Below are positions 12,485-22,991 of a DNA stretch of 64,000 nucleotides, piece by piece. The position numbers and the translations under genes were made by a program. The notes below the pieces were generated by a model that did not search any database, was not told where the DNA came from, and saw only the letters and a program-made list of their open reading frames with translations. Where the stretch lies: assembly GCA_002269645.1 (NCBI GenBank), contig NIVC01000639.1:376153-440152 (forward strand), given 5' to 3'. This DNA comes from Macrostomum lignano. Its lineage: Eukaryota. Positions within the stretch are counted from its first letter, which is position 1, and the number at the start of each line of letters is the position of its first letter.

Positions 12485-13180
12485 GGGAACCAAGGAGGGG
12501 TAGAGAGAATAGGGGAGGGGATGAAGGAATCTGGGAAGGGAAGGGGGAATCGGAGAGGGGAAGAAGGAATCGGGGAAAAGAAGAGGGAATTGAGAAGGGA
12601 AAAGGGAATCGGGGAGGGGATGAGGGAATTGGGGAGGGGAAAAGGGAATCGGGGAGGGGATGAGGGAATCTGGGAAGGGAAGGGGGAATCGGAGAGGGGA
12701 AGAGGGAATCGGGGAAAAGAAGAGCGAATTGGGAAGGGGAAAAGGGAATCGGGGAGGGGATGAGGGAATTGGGGAGGGGAAAAGGGAATCGGGGAGGGGA
12801 TGAGGGAATCTGGGAAGGGAAGGGGGAATTGGAGAGGGGAAGAGGGAATCGGGGAAAAGAAGAGGGAATCGGGGAAAAGAAGAGGGAATTGGGAAGGGGA
12901 AAAGGGAATCGGGGAAAAGAAGAGGGAATCGGGGAAAAGAAGAGGGAATTGGGAAGGGGAAAAGGGAATCGGGGAGGGGATGAGGGAATTGGGGAGGGGA
13001 AAAGGGAATCGGGGAGGGGATGAGGGAATCTGGGAAGGGAAGGGGGAATCGGAGAGGGGAAGAGGGAATCGGGAAAAGAAGAGGGAATTGGGAAGGGGAA
13101 AAGGGAATCGGGGAGGGGAAGAGGGAATCGGGGAGGGGAAGAGGGAATCGGGGAGGGGAAAAGGGAATCGGGAGGGGAGA
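12485..13180. repeat. Purine-rich GA minisatellite (GGGAATCGGGGAGGGGAAAA-type units of ~20 bp)
   Basis: Plus strand is almost entirely G/A with periodic AATC/AATT. Confidence 0.95.
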
Positions 13181-13490
13181 GAAATAATCGCGAAGAGAAT
13201 AAAAGCCGTCGTTTCAAAACCGCAAGCAGTGACTCAGTTTACAGATAAAGTATTTTATCGGCAAATTGTAACTGATGGGAGTCCTCAAGCCTTCGTCAGT
13301 TAAGAATTTATTATTGGAAGAACAAGCCAACAAAGTGAAAGCAGATTTACAGGTGCTGCAGATTTTTAGCACAGTTTACAAAGCGCAATACAAGCAAAAT
13401 TAGTATGCTTCGTATGAAAATGCGAAAGACAGGAACTCCAAAACACCGATTGAGTCTGGCAAACCCGATTGATGAAGAATGAAGCTGTGA

Positions 13491-16400
13491 TCACAGCAGC
13501 ATGTCGGCAAAGTACTGATCGAACTCCTCCTCTCTGAAAGCGGATTTGAAAGGCGAAGAAACTGCAGTGAGAAACCTCGGTTTCCACGGCAGAGACCAGC
13601 TAACCTGCAGGAATTCCCACCTGCCCCCCCCGAGACCAGCTAACCCGCAGGCATTCTCACCTGCCCCCCCCCCAGAGACCAGCTAAGCTGCAGGCATTCT
13701 CACCTGCCCCCCCCCCCAGAGACCAGCTAAGCTGCAGGCATTCCCACCTGCCCCCCCCCAGAGACCAGCTAAGCTGCAGGCATTCCCACCTGCCCCCCCC
13801 CCCAGAGACCAGCTAAGCTGCAGGCATTCCCACCTGCCCCCCCCCAGAGACCAGCTAAGCTGCAGGCATTCCCACCTGCCCCCCCCCCCCAGAGACCAGC
13901 TAAGCTGCAGGCATTCCCACCTGCCCCCCCCCCAGAGACCAGCTAAGCTGCACAAAATCCACACCTGGACGCGCCCTCATCTTCCACAGCCGGAGCTGGT
14001 TGTCGCCAAATTTCGCTCGCGTCAGCCGCTACCGCGTCTCCGGGCGGCTCCGCTGCTGCCTGCTGCTGCTCTGCTGCCTGCCGGATGGCGCGGATCCCCG
14101 CCAGGACTTCGTCCTCAGCCTCCGTATCGGCGGCTGCGTCAGCTTCGGCTTTGGCTTGCAGCGGCTGCGTTGCCGACTCGGAAAGACGCTGCCGCTTGGC
14201 CTCGCGTCTGCGGTGCCTTCGGGTTCGGCATGCGGCGGGTTAGGGTGCCGAGGTGATGATGGCGAGGTGATGATGCTGAGGTGATTACACTGAGGTGATG
14301 ATGGCGAGGTGATGATGCTGAGGTGATTACACTGAGGTGATGATGCTGAGGTGATGATGCTGAGGTGATGATGCTGAGGTGATTACACTGAGGTGATGAT
14401 GCTCAGGTGATTACACTGAGGTGATTACACTGAGGTGATGATGCTGAGGTGATTACACTGAGGTGATGATGCTGAGGTGATAATGCTGAGGTGATTACAC
14501 TGAGGTGATGATGCTGAGGTGATGATGCTGAGGTGATGATGCTGAGGTGATTACACTGAGGTGATGATGCTGAGGTGATTACACTGAGGTGATGATGCTG
14601 AGGTGATTACACTGAGGTGATGATGCTGAGGTGATTACACTGAGGTGATGATGCTGAGGTGATTACACTGAGGTGATGATGCTGAGGTGATAATGCTGAG
14701 GTGATTACACTGAGGTGATGATGCTGAGGTGATTACACTGAGGTGATGATGCTGAGGTGATGATGCTGAGGTGATTACACTGAGGTGATAATGGCGAGGT
14801 GATGATGCTGAGGTGATGATGCTGAGGTGATGATGCCGAGGCTGAGGTGATGATGCCGAGGTGATAATGGCGAGGTGATGATGCTGAGGTGATGATGCTG
14901 AGGTGATGATGCTGAGGTGATGATGCTGAGGTGAGGATGCTGAGGTGATGATGCCGAGGCTGAGGTGATGATGCCGAGGTGATAATGGCGAGGTGATGAT
15001 GCTGAGGTGATGATGCTGAGGTGATGATGCTGAGGTGAGGATGCTGAGGTGATGATGCTGAGGTGATGATTCTGAGGTGATGAGTTAATTAATTTAAGGT
15101 GATGCTAACCAAAGGTAAAGATTTGAGCAGACTAGTTAATGACGCTAAGCAGCTGCACCTGTCAATCACTCACTTTTTCTTATAGTTGAGCCGTGCCGAG
15201 CAGTCCGGGCAGAGGCGCAGCTTCACCAGCGCATTTTTTGTTTCTCCGCCCTCGGTGTAGCGAAAGTTCACCTCCCAGCTGACCAGGCCGTCAGCCTGCG
15301 GACGGTTAAAATTAGTTCCAATGATTACAGCTAGCTTCCATGATGATGAAGAACAAAAAGGCTGGGATGGGGGGTCGATTTCACAAACCCGAAACTTCCT
15401 ATCGTGGAATTCGAGTTGAGTTAACAAAAAATGACAGCAGTACACATGACCAGAGGTGAGGATGCTGAGGTGAGGATGCCCTAGTGAGGATGCTGAGGTG
15501 AGGATGCTGAGGTGAGGATGCTGAGGTGAGGATGCTGAGGTGAAGATGCTGAGGTGAGGATGCTGAGGTGAGGATGCTGAGGTGAGGATGCTGAGGTGAA
15601 GATGCTGAGGTGAGGATGCTGAGGTGAGGATATTGAGGTGAAGATGCTGGGGTGAGGATGCTGAGGTGAGGATGCTGAGGTGAAGATGCTGAGGTGAGGA
15701 TGCTGAGGTGAGGATGCTGAGGTGAGGATGCTGAGGTGAGGATGCTGAGGTGAAGATGCTGAGGTGAGGATGCTGAGGTGAAGATGCTGAGGTGAGGATG
15801 CTGAGGTGAGGATACTGAGGTGAAGATGCCCTAGTGAGGATGCTGAGATGAGGATGCTGAGGTGAGGATGCCCTAGTGATGATGCTGGGAGGGTGCTAAG
15901 GTAGGGATTCTGAGGTGGTCTTAACCACAGCTGTGAGCAGCCTCATAGCGAGGCACTCACCTGCTCGCAGCGCTTCCCGCCGCAGGCGAACTGCCCCTGC
16001 CGGACAGAACCTCAGCCTCTGTGCGCCATCGCAGGCCGACCCGGCCCTCCTTGTAGCCCCTCAGGTCGGCAATGCAGTACTCCTTGTACAGCTTGTCCCA
16101 GTAGCGCTTGGCGAGCCGCTGCTCCCAGCTACCGGCCTCTTCGGAGCCGCCGTCCCACACGAACCGGTGGTGCTCCCTGATGATGTCGATGTCTCGCTTG
16201 TCGCGCGAGGCGTCCCTTTTGAAGTCAGCGTAGCTGCCGCCGAAGTACCTGGAAATTGGATGGCGCAGATGGGGCCTTTGATCTAAGCTCCGTGCATGGA
16301 CCTGTGCTCACCGGAGCCGCGCCTGCGACACCAGCCGAAACCCGAATCCCGATTGGCTTTGATTTTGAGGATAAGGGAGGGTGCTGACACCCGAGTTGAA

Positions 16401-16858
16401 GACAAGGGAGGCAAAGCTGCTGATTACTGCGAGCTTAGTCAATTAACAGTGGGCTATGCAAGTTAAGCAGAGATGGCTACGGTTAGTACGCAGCTGAATA
16501 GGCTGCTTGTTTACCAGCATGCGGACGGCTACCTGATGTAGTTGTTCACCAGCATCTTGTGCCTCGAATAGGCGTCCATCGCCAGCAGCTGCTGCCTCCG
16601 AGCGCCGGCCTCCTCTCGACAGGCACCGTCGGCGACTGCCACGCCGCCGCTCCGCCGCGGTGCACCAAAGCCGGATGTTGACGAGGCAGCAGCCGCCCTT
16701 GCCTCATCGCGGGGACGCGAGCGCTTCCGGTTGGACACCGAAGCGAGCCGCACGGAGGCGGCGTCCTCCGAGGCCGCCTGGCTGACGGAGTCCTCGAAAC
16801 CGAAGTCCGACTGCCAGTCATCGGGCCCGACGTCGTTCGCCGTTGGCAACGGCTCGGC
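13491..16858 (-). CDS. FRA10AC1: FRA10AC1 orthologue (spliceosome-associated protein)
   Basis: Exons 16858-16533, 16248-15961, 15295-15174, 14207-13965 and 13533-13491, all GT-AG with matching phases. Motifs: MDAYSRHKMLVNNY, REHHRFVWD, WEQRLAKRYWDKLYKEYCIADL, WRTEAEVLSGRG-QFACG, SWEVNFRY..KNALVKLRLCPDC, IWRQP, EEEFDQYFADMLL*. One base is missing at ~15992 (frameshift). Start codon unresolved; possible extra exon 18132-18097. Confidence 0.93.
13595..13950. repeat. ~39-bp minisatellite (CAGAGACCAGCTAAGCTGCAGGCATTCCCACCTG + poly-C) in the last FRA10AC1 intron
   Basis: About 9 copies differing in C-run length. Confidence 0.95.
14250..15085. repeat. 14-bp minisatellite (GAGGTGATGATGCT / GAGGTGATTACACT) filling an FRA10AC1 intron
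   Basis: Two interspersed 14-bp variants, about 60 copies. Confidence 0.95.
15455..15890. repeat. 14-bp minisatellite (GAGGTGAGGATGCT) filling an FRA10AC1 intron
   Basis: About 30 copies; differs by one base from the neighbouring array's unit. Confidence 0.95.
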
Positions 16859-16879
16859 CTGCGAAGTGGGTTGGGGAGG

Positions 16880-17860
16880 GGCGGAACCTGTGGCTGAGGA
16901 GGAGCGCAACGGCTGGGGACGAGCGGAACCTGTGGCTGGGAGGGGCGGAGCCTGTGGCTGGGGCGGAACCTGTGGCTGGGGGCGGAACCTGTGGCTGGGG
17001 GCGGAACCTGTGGCTGGGGGCGGAACCTGTGGCTGGGGGCGGAACCTGTGGCTGGGGAGGGGGGGAATGTTGACTGGGGGCGGAACCTGTGGCTGGGGGC
17101 GGAACCTGTCGCTGGGGGCGGAACCTGTGGCTGGGGAGGGGCGGAATGGTGACTGGGGGCGGAACCTGTCGCTGGGGGCGGAACCTGTGGCTGGGGAGGG
17201 GCGGAATGGTGACTGGGGGCGGAACCTGTGGCTGGGGGCAGAACCTGGGCTGGGGGTGGAACCTGTGGCTGGGGAGGGGCGGAACGGTGACTGGGGGCGG
17301 AATGGTGGCTGGGGGCGGAACCTGTGGCTGGGGAGGGGCGGAATGGTGACTGGGGGCGGAACCTGTGGCTGGGGGCGGAACCTGTGGCTGGGGAGGGGCG
17401 GAATGGTGACTGGGGGCGGAACCTGTCGCTGGGGCGGAACCTGTGGCTGGGGGCGGAACGGTGACTGGGGGCGGAACGGTGACTCGGGGCGGAACCTGTG
17501 GCTGGGGCGGAACCTGTGGCTGGGGGCGGAACCTGTGGCTGGGGGCGGAACCTGTGGCTGGGGGCGGAACCTGTGACTGGGGGCGGAACGGTGACTCGGG
17601 CGGAACCTGTGGCTGGGGGCGGAACCTGTGGCTGGGGAGGGGCGGAACGGTGACTGGGGGCGGAACCTGTGGCTGGGGGCGAAAACTGTGGCTGGGGAGG
17701 GGCGGAACGGTGACTGGGGGCGGAACCTGTGGCTGGGGCGGAACCTGTGGCTGGGGCGGAACCTGTGGCTGGGGTGGAACCTGTGGCTGGGGTGGAACCT
17801 GTGGCTGGGGGTGGAACCTGTGGCTGGGGTGGAACCTGTGGCTGGGGGCGGAACCTGTGA
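16880..17860. repeat. 18-19-bp G-rich minisatellite (GGCTGGGGGCGGAACCTGT) with a 60-bp higher-order unit
   Basis: Positions 17101-17160 and 17161-17220 are identical. Confidence 0.95.
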
Positions 17861-18149
17861 TTGAGGAGGGGTGGACAAGAAAAACAAGTGGCTATATTTT
17901 CATATAAAGTGCCATTACAGCAACATATAAAATGAGCAGAGCCAACAGAAATCACAAAGCCAAACATGCCAATTCGGGTCAGATTCAGACTCAGATGAGT
18001 GCAGCAGTTTTTATTATTTTTATCAACAAATACAGGCAGCAAAATGCAATCCAAATATGGTTCAAAGCACACAGAGCGGAGAGTCAGAAAAGCTACGAGC
18101 TGCTCATTGATTGCTTCGTAGAAACCGTGCATGGGATGAAACTGACGGG

Positions 18150-18625
18150 CGAATGACTGAGTGGTGCCGGGGCGAATGACTGAGTGGTGCCGGGGCAAAT
18201 GACTGAGTGGTGCCGGGGCGAATGACTGAGTGGTGCCGAGCGAATGACTGAGTGGTGCCGAGCGAATGGCTGAGTGGTGCCGAGCGAATGACTGAGTGGT
18301 GACGGGGCAAATGACTGAGTGGTGCCGAGCGAATGACTGAGTGGTGACGGGGCAAATGACTGAGTGGTGCCGAGCGAATGACTGAGTGGTGACGGGGCAA
18401 ATGACTGAGTGGTGACGGGGCAAATGACTGAGTGGTGACGGGGCAAATGACTGAGTGGTGACGGGGCAAATGACTGAGTGGTGACGGGGCAAATGACTGA
18501 GTGGTGACGGGGCAAATGACTGAGTGGTGACGGGGCAAATGACTGAGTGGTGACGGGGCAAATGACTGAGTGGTGACGGGGCAAATGACTGAGTGGTGCC
18601 GGGGCGAATGACTGAGTGGTGCCGG
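18150..18625. repeat. 22-23-bp minisatellite (GACTGAGTGGTGACGGGGCAAAT)
   Basis: About 21 copies between the zinc-finger gene stop and FRA10AC1. Confidence 0.95.
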
Positions 18626-18785
18626 GAGAACTGGAGCAGAGTGCAAAAGTACAGGACTGACAGGCTAATAACAGAGCATTCCTTGGCCTCGGCTGTTCGA
18701 CAATCGAAAACAAAAAGAAGCGCAATACAAATAAGTTATAAATTAAATGTTAATTTTATGATTGGATGAGCTGCTTTGCTAACTG

Positions 18786-21700
18786 TCACTGATCCGTGAG
18801 AGCAGTCCCAGTCCCAGTCCCAGTTGCTGCAGCCGATGACTCCACGGGAGGCGCATCGGCAGGCGGCTCCGACATCGTCGTCGCTGCCGCCTCCGAGGCA
18901 GTCGACAAGGCCGCCACCGATGTCGGCACTCGCCGCTTCGTCCGCAGCTGCTGCTGCAGCGAGTCGCTGTCCTCGCTGTCCGCGTCCTGGCTGAAGCAGA
19001 GCCCCGGCTGCTCCGCCTCCTCCTGAGCCGCCGCCGGCTTCTGCCGCTTCTGCTGCTGACGGCGAGCCACCGCGTGCAGCTCGTCGTCGTCCGCTAGCGC
19101 GGCGTTCTTCGCCGCTGTCGCCGAGTCCTCGTCGGAGCTGCAGGTTGTTGCAGCGGCAGCGGCGGCCACAGCGGCGGAGGTCCTGGCGCGCCGCTTCCGC
19201 AGCACTTTGCCGCGCTGGCGCTGTCGCTTCGCGTCCTGCACCGGCGACTCCGAAGCGCCACCGACCGCGGCGTCCTCGGCGTCGGCAGCGGCGGCCCCGA
19301 GTTCGACTTCATCGTCCGCTCGCCGATCCGAGGCGGTCGAGTCCAGAGAGGACGAAATCGAGCGGCGCTGCGGCTGGCGCGACTTCCGCTTGAGACTCGC
19401 TGACGGCCCCTGCTGGGCCTGGGCGGCCTCGGCCGGCTGCTGGGGATGCCGGGGCTGCTGAAGCTGCGGCATGCCGGCCGCGTCGGACTTCTGGCGTCGC
19501 CGGGCCGTCCGCTTGGTGCGCCGGTTGCTGACGACAGCGGCGCCGCTGCCACCAGCTGGTCCAGCGGCGGGGTCGGCGTCGGCAACCGGCAGCGGGGCCT
19601 TGAAGCCCGGTGGCTGCGCCTGCGTGCTGCCCGGACCGCCGCCGCTGATGCCGCCTTCGCCTGTTGTTGAAGCCGCGGCTGCTGCGGCTGCCGCTGCGGC
19701 CGCCTTCCTCTTGCGCTTCCTCTCGCCGTCAGCGCCGCCGCCACCGGAGGCGGAGCAGATCAGCAGGTGCTCATCGGCAGCCTCGCTACTATCGAAGATT
19801 CTGCCGCAGCTGTGGCAGGTGAGCTGCGGGTGGCTGGCCCTGCGGTGCTGCAGCAGCAGGTGCTGCATGCGGAAGGACAGGGTGCACACGCCGCACTGGT
19901 AGGCGTCGCTGGCAGGGTCGTGGCAGTTCACCTTCAAATCCTTCAGACGAACCTGCGGGTCAAGGAGGGAAAAGCAGATTCAATCAACTAATACCGGTAA
20001 ATCGATTAATCAACCAACTAATCAATCAATTAATACATGTAAATCAATCAGCTAATCAGTCAATCAATAAACTAATCAGTCAATCAATAAACTAATCAAT
20101 CGATTAATCAATTAACTAATCAATCGATTAATCAATTAACTAATCAACCAATCTATCTATCTATCAATCATCCAATCAATCATTAAATCAATCAATCAAT
20201 CATCTAAGTAGTCGAATAATCCATCAATCAATCAACTACGAGGTGTATTCAAAAAGTTCTTTTCGGTCCTTTGGCATTTATTTTTAAAAAGCCTTGTAAA
20301 CAGAATTTTAGCGATTTCACCAAGTTATGTCTATGGCCTAAACGTTCCTAGGGTTTTAAGTCTCAGTTTGCAACTATGTTAGAGCAGCGAACATTTCTAT
20401 CATCTACCACTCAATTTCTTGGCCATGGCTGAATCATTTTCAAAGCAAGACGTTCGAAGCTTGATGAAGTTTCAGTTTCTGCAAGGAAAAAAGCCACCGG
20501 ATATGTTTAGGGAGCTTCAGCAAGTGCTTGGCAAATGTGCACCAACTGAGCAGACAGTTCGAAAATGGTACCGGCTGTTCGCTGAGGGAAGAGAGAGCGT
20601 TGAGGACAATGATCGCTCTGGAAGGCCGATGACTGCAACCAACGAGACTGTTGTGAAGAAAGTGCAAGAGCTCCTGGATGATGATCGGCGACGGACTTGC
20701 GAAGAGTTGGCAGAAGACGTTGGTGTGTCAGTAGGAAGCGTCCACACCATTCTGACGGAGCGTCTTCACCTGCAGAAAAAGTTTTGCAAGTGGGTGCCAC
20801 ACCTGCTGACAGGTGAGCAAAAGATGCAGCGAACTGTGGCTTCAAGCAGCCACCTGCGTCGGTTCCATCGAGAAGGGGAGGATTTTCTATCAAGAATTGT
20901 AGCTGGAGACGAGACGTGGGTTTACAGCTGGGATCCTGAGACAAAGGCCCAGTCTGCCGAATGGCTTCCAGCACATTCTCCAAGACCTCAGAAGGCCATC
21001 AGGAAGCAGGGCGCGATGAAGATCATGCACGTCATGTTTTTTGATTCCCAAGGAATCCTGCTGAACTGGGCAGTCCCACAAGGAACCACCGTCAATGGGA
21101 CTACTACAAGTGGATTCTGCAGGAGAAGCTGCGCCCAGCAATACGAAAGAAGCGCCCTGATCTGCTGGAATCTGGCGTGATCCTGCTGCACGACAATGCG
21201 CCAGCACATCGCAAGCACAACGTCGTGGAACTCCTGAGCAAATGGGGATGGGAAGTGCTCCAACATCCAGCCTATTCGCCTGATTTGTCGCCGTGCGACT
21301 TCTTCTTATTTCCATCTGTGAAGAAGCACCTTCGGGGCATTCGATTCGACAGCGTCGAGCACATCGAGGCTGCATGCAATCAAGCTGTTCGCCAAACGGA
21401 CGCGAGTGGTGTGAGTTCCGGAATCAGAGGCCTGGTAAATCGCTGGCAGAAGTGCAAAGACATTGGCGGTGAATATGTTGAGTGACCGAATCATGTTAAG
21501 CAATCTAACAGTGTTTTCATAGTTCCAGTTGTTTTGTGTTCAGTTTTGTAGGGTACCGAAAAGAACTTTTTGAATACACCTCGTAATAAGTTAATCAACT
21601 AATCAGTCAATCAATCAATCAATCAGTCATCTAAGTAGTCAAATAATCCATCAATCAATCAATCAAGCCCAGTACTCACAGAACACCCAAGAAACAAAGA

Positions 21701-22958
21701 CTAATTGCCTCACCTTGTGTTGAGAGATCACGTGATCGGACAGGTTGCGCACCTGCTTCTGGCACACAGGGCACTCTTTAGTCACCCGGGGCGACTCGTG
21801 GATCTGCTTGATGTGGCTGACCAGGTTTTGCTTGCCCTTCAGGCTGGCCTGGCAGTGCGGGCAGGGGAAGCAGCGGCTCTCGGAGGTCTGGCCGTGCACC
21901 CGCTGCCTGTGCACCGCCAGGAGCCGCTCGCTGCTGAACACCTTCTTGCACACTTCGCAGGAAATCTCGTCCCAGACCTCGGCTGCGACCGATTTGGAGG
22001 CTGAGGCGGGGACAGCGGACGCCGGCAGCGGCTCCTTGTGCACCGCGGCCATGTGGTTGCGCAGCAGGTAGAGGCGCTTGAAGTGGTGGCCGCAGAGGCC
22101 GCACTGGTGCGATTCGACTGGGTGTACATTGTGAAGGTGGACCCGCAGCCGGTACTCCGAGTTGAACTCCTTGCCGCAGGCCTGCGGTGCGACGGTTCGG
22201 GGGTCCGTTTGGGATTATCAGGCAGCCCAGCAACTGAGGATCTGGGAGGCTGGAACAGCAACTGAGGATCTGGGAGGCTGGCCCAGCAACTGAGGATCTG
22301 GAAGGTTGGCCCAGCAACTAAGGATCTGGGAGGCTGGCCCAGCAACTGAGGATCTAGGAGGCTGGCACAGCATCTGAGGATCTGGGAGGCTGGCACAGCA
22401 TCTGAGGATCTGGGAGGCTGGCAAAGCAACTGAGGATTTGGGAGGCTGGCCCAGCAACTGAGGATCTGGGAGGCTGGCCCAGCAACTGAGGATCTAGGAG
22501 GCTGGCCCAGCAACTGAGTAAATCAAAGCAGGCAGGCGATTTAACCTCGCAGGGATGCGTGCCGGTATCAGAGAAGCCGTGCAGGTAGTGCATGTGCTGG
22601 ATCAGTTTGATGTGGTGGTTGAACAGGTTGACGCCGTCGCACAGATGGCAGCGCAGCAGCTTAGTGTGTTTGGCCATGACGTGGGCTGTCAGCTCGCGCA
22701 GGATGCCGTCGCTCTCGGCTACTTTGATGCGTCGCCGTCTGCTGCCACCGCCACCGCAGTTGAAATCGTCAGCGCCACTCCGAGTGTCAGAGTCGGAGCA
22801 GAACGGGCAGCTGACGGGGTTTTGAGCAGGTTGAAAATCAGAAACTCGAAATTTACAAATCTGCAAACAGACAGAGGCAGGCAGACAGACAGGCAGATAG
22901 ACAGACAGACAGACAGACAGACAGGCAGACAGGCAGATAGACAGACAGACAGACAGGC

Positions 22959-22991
<33 letters not shown>

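Larger units (their letters stand above)
19985..21665. repeat. Degenerate (ATCA/ACTA)n microsatellite interrupted by a mariner insertion
   Basis: Segments at 19985-20238 and 21586-21665; the same CATCTAAGTAGTC..CCATCAATCAATC motif appears on both sides. Confidence 0.85.

Noticed and set aside
16880-17860. Analogy between this GC-rich 5' array and the CGG fragile-site repeat of human FRA10AC1
   Set aside because: The unit is unrelated, and nearly all neighbouring introns have arrays too, so this is most likely coincidence.
16546-18561. Long ORFs over minisatellites (671 aa and 452 aa here; also 5844-6319, 7486-8060, 12462-13303, 26076-26570, 27727-28705)
   Set aside because: These are stop-free frames created by tandem units. 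They lie in introns or spacers bounded by canonical splice sites of recognisable genes.
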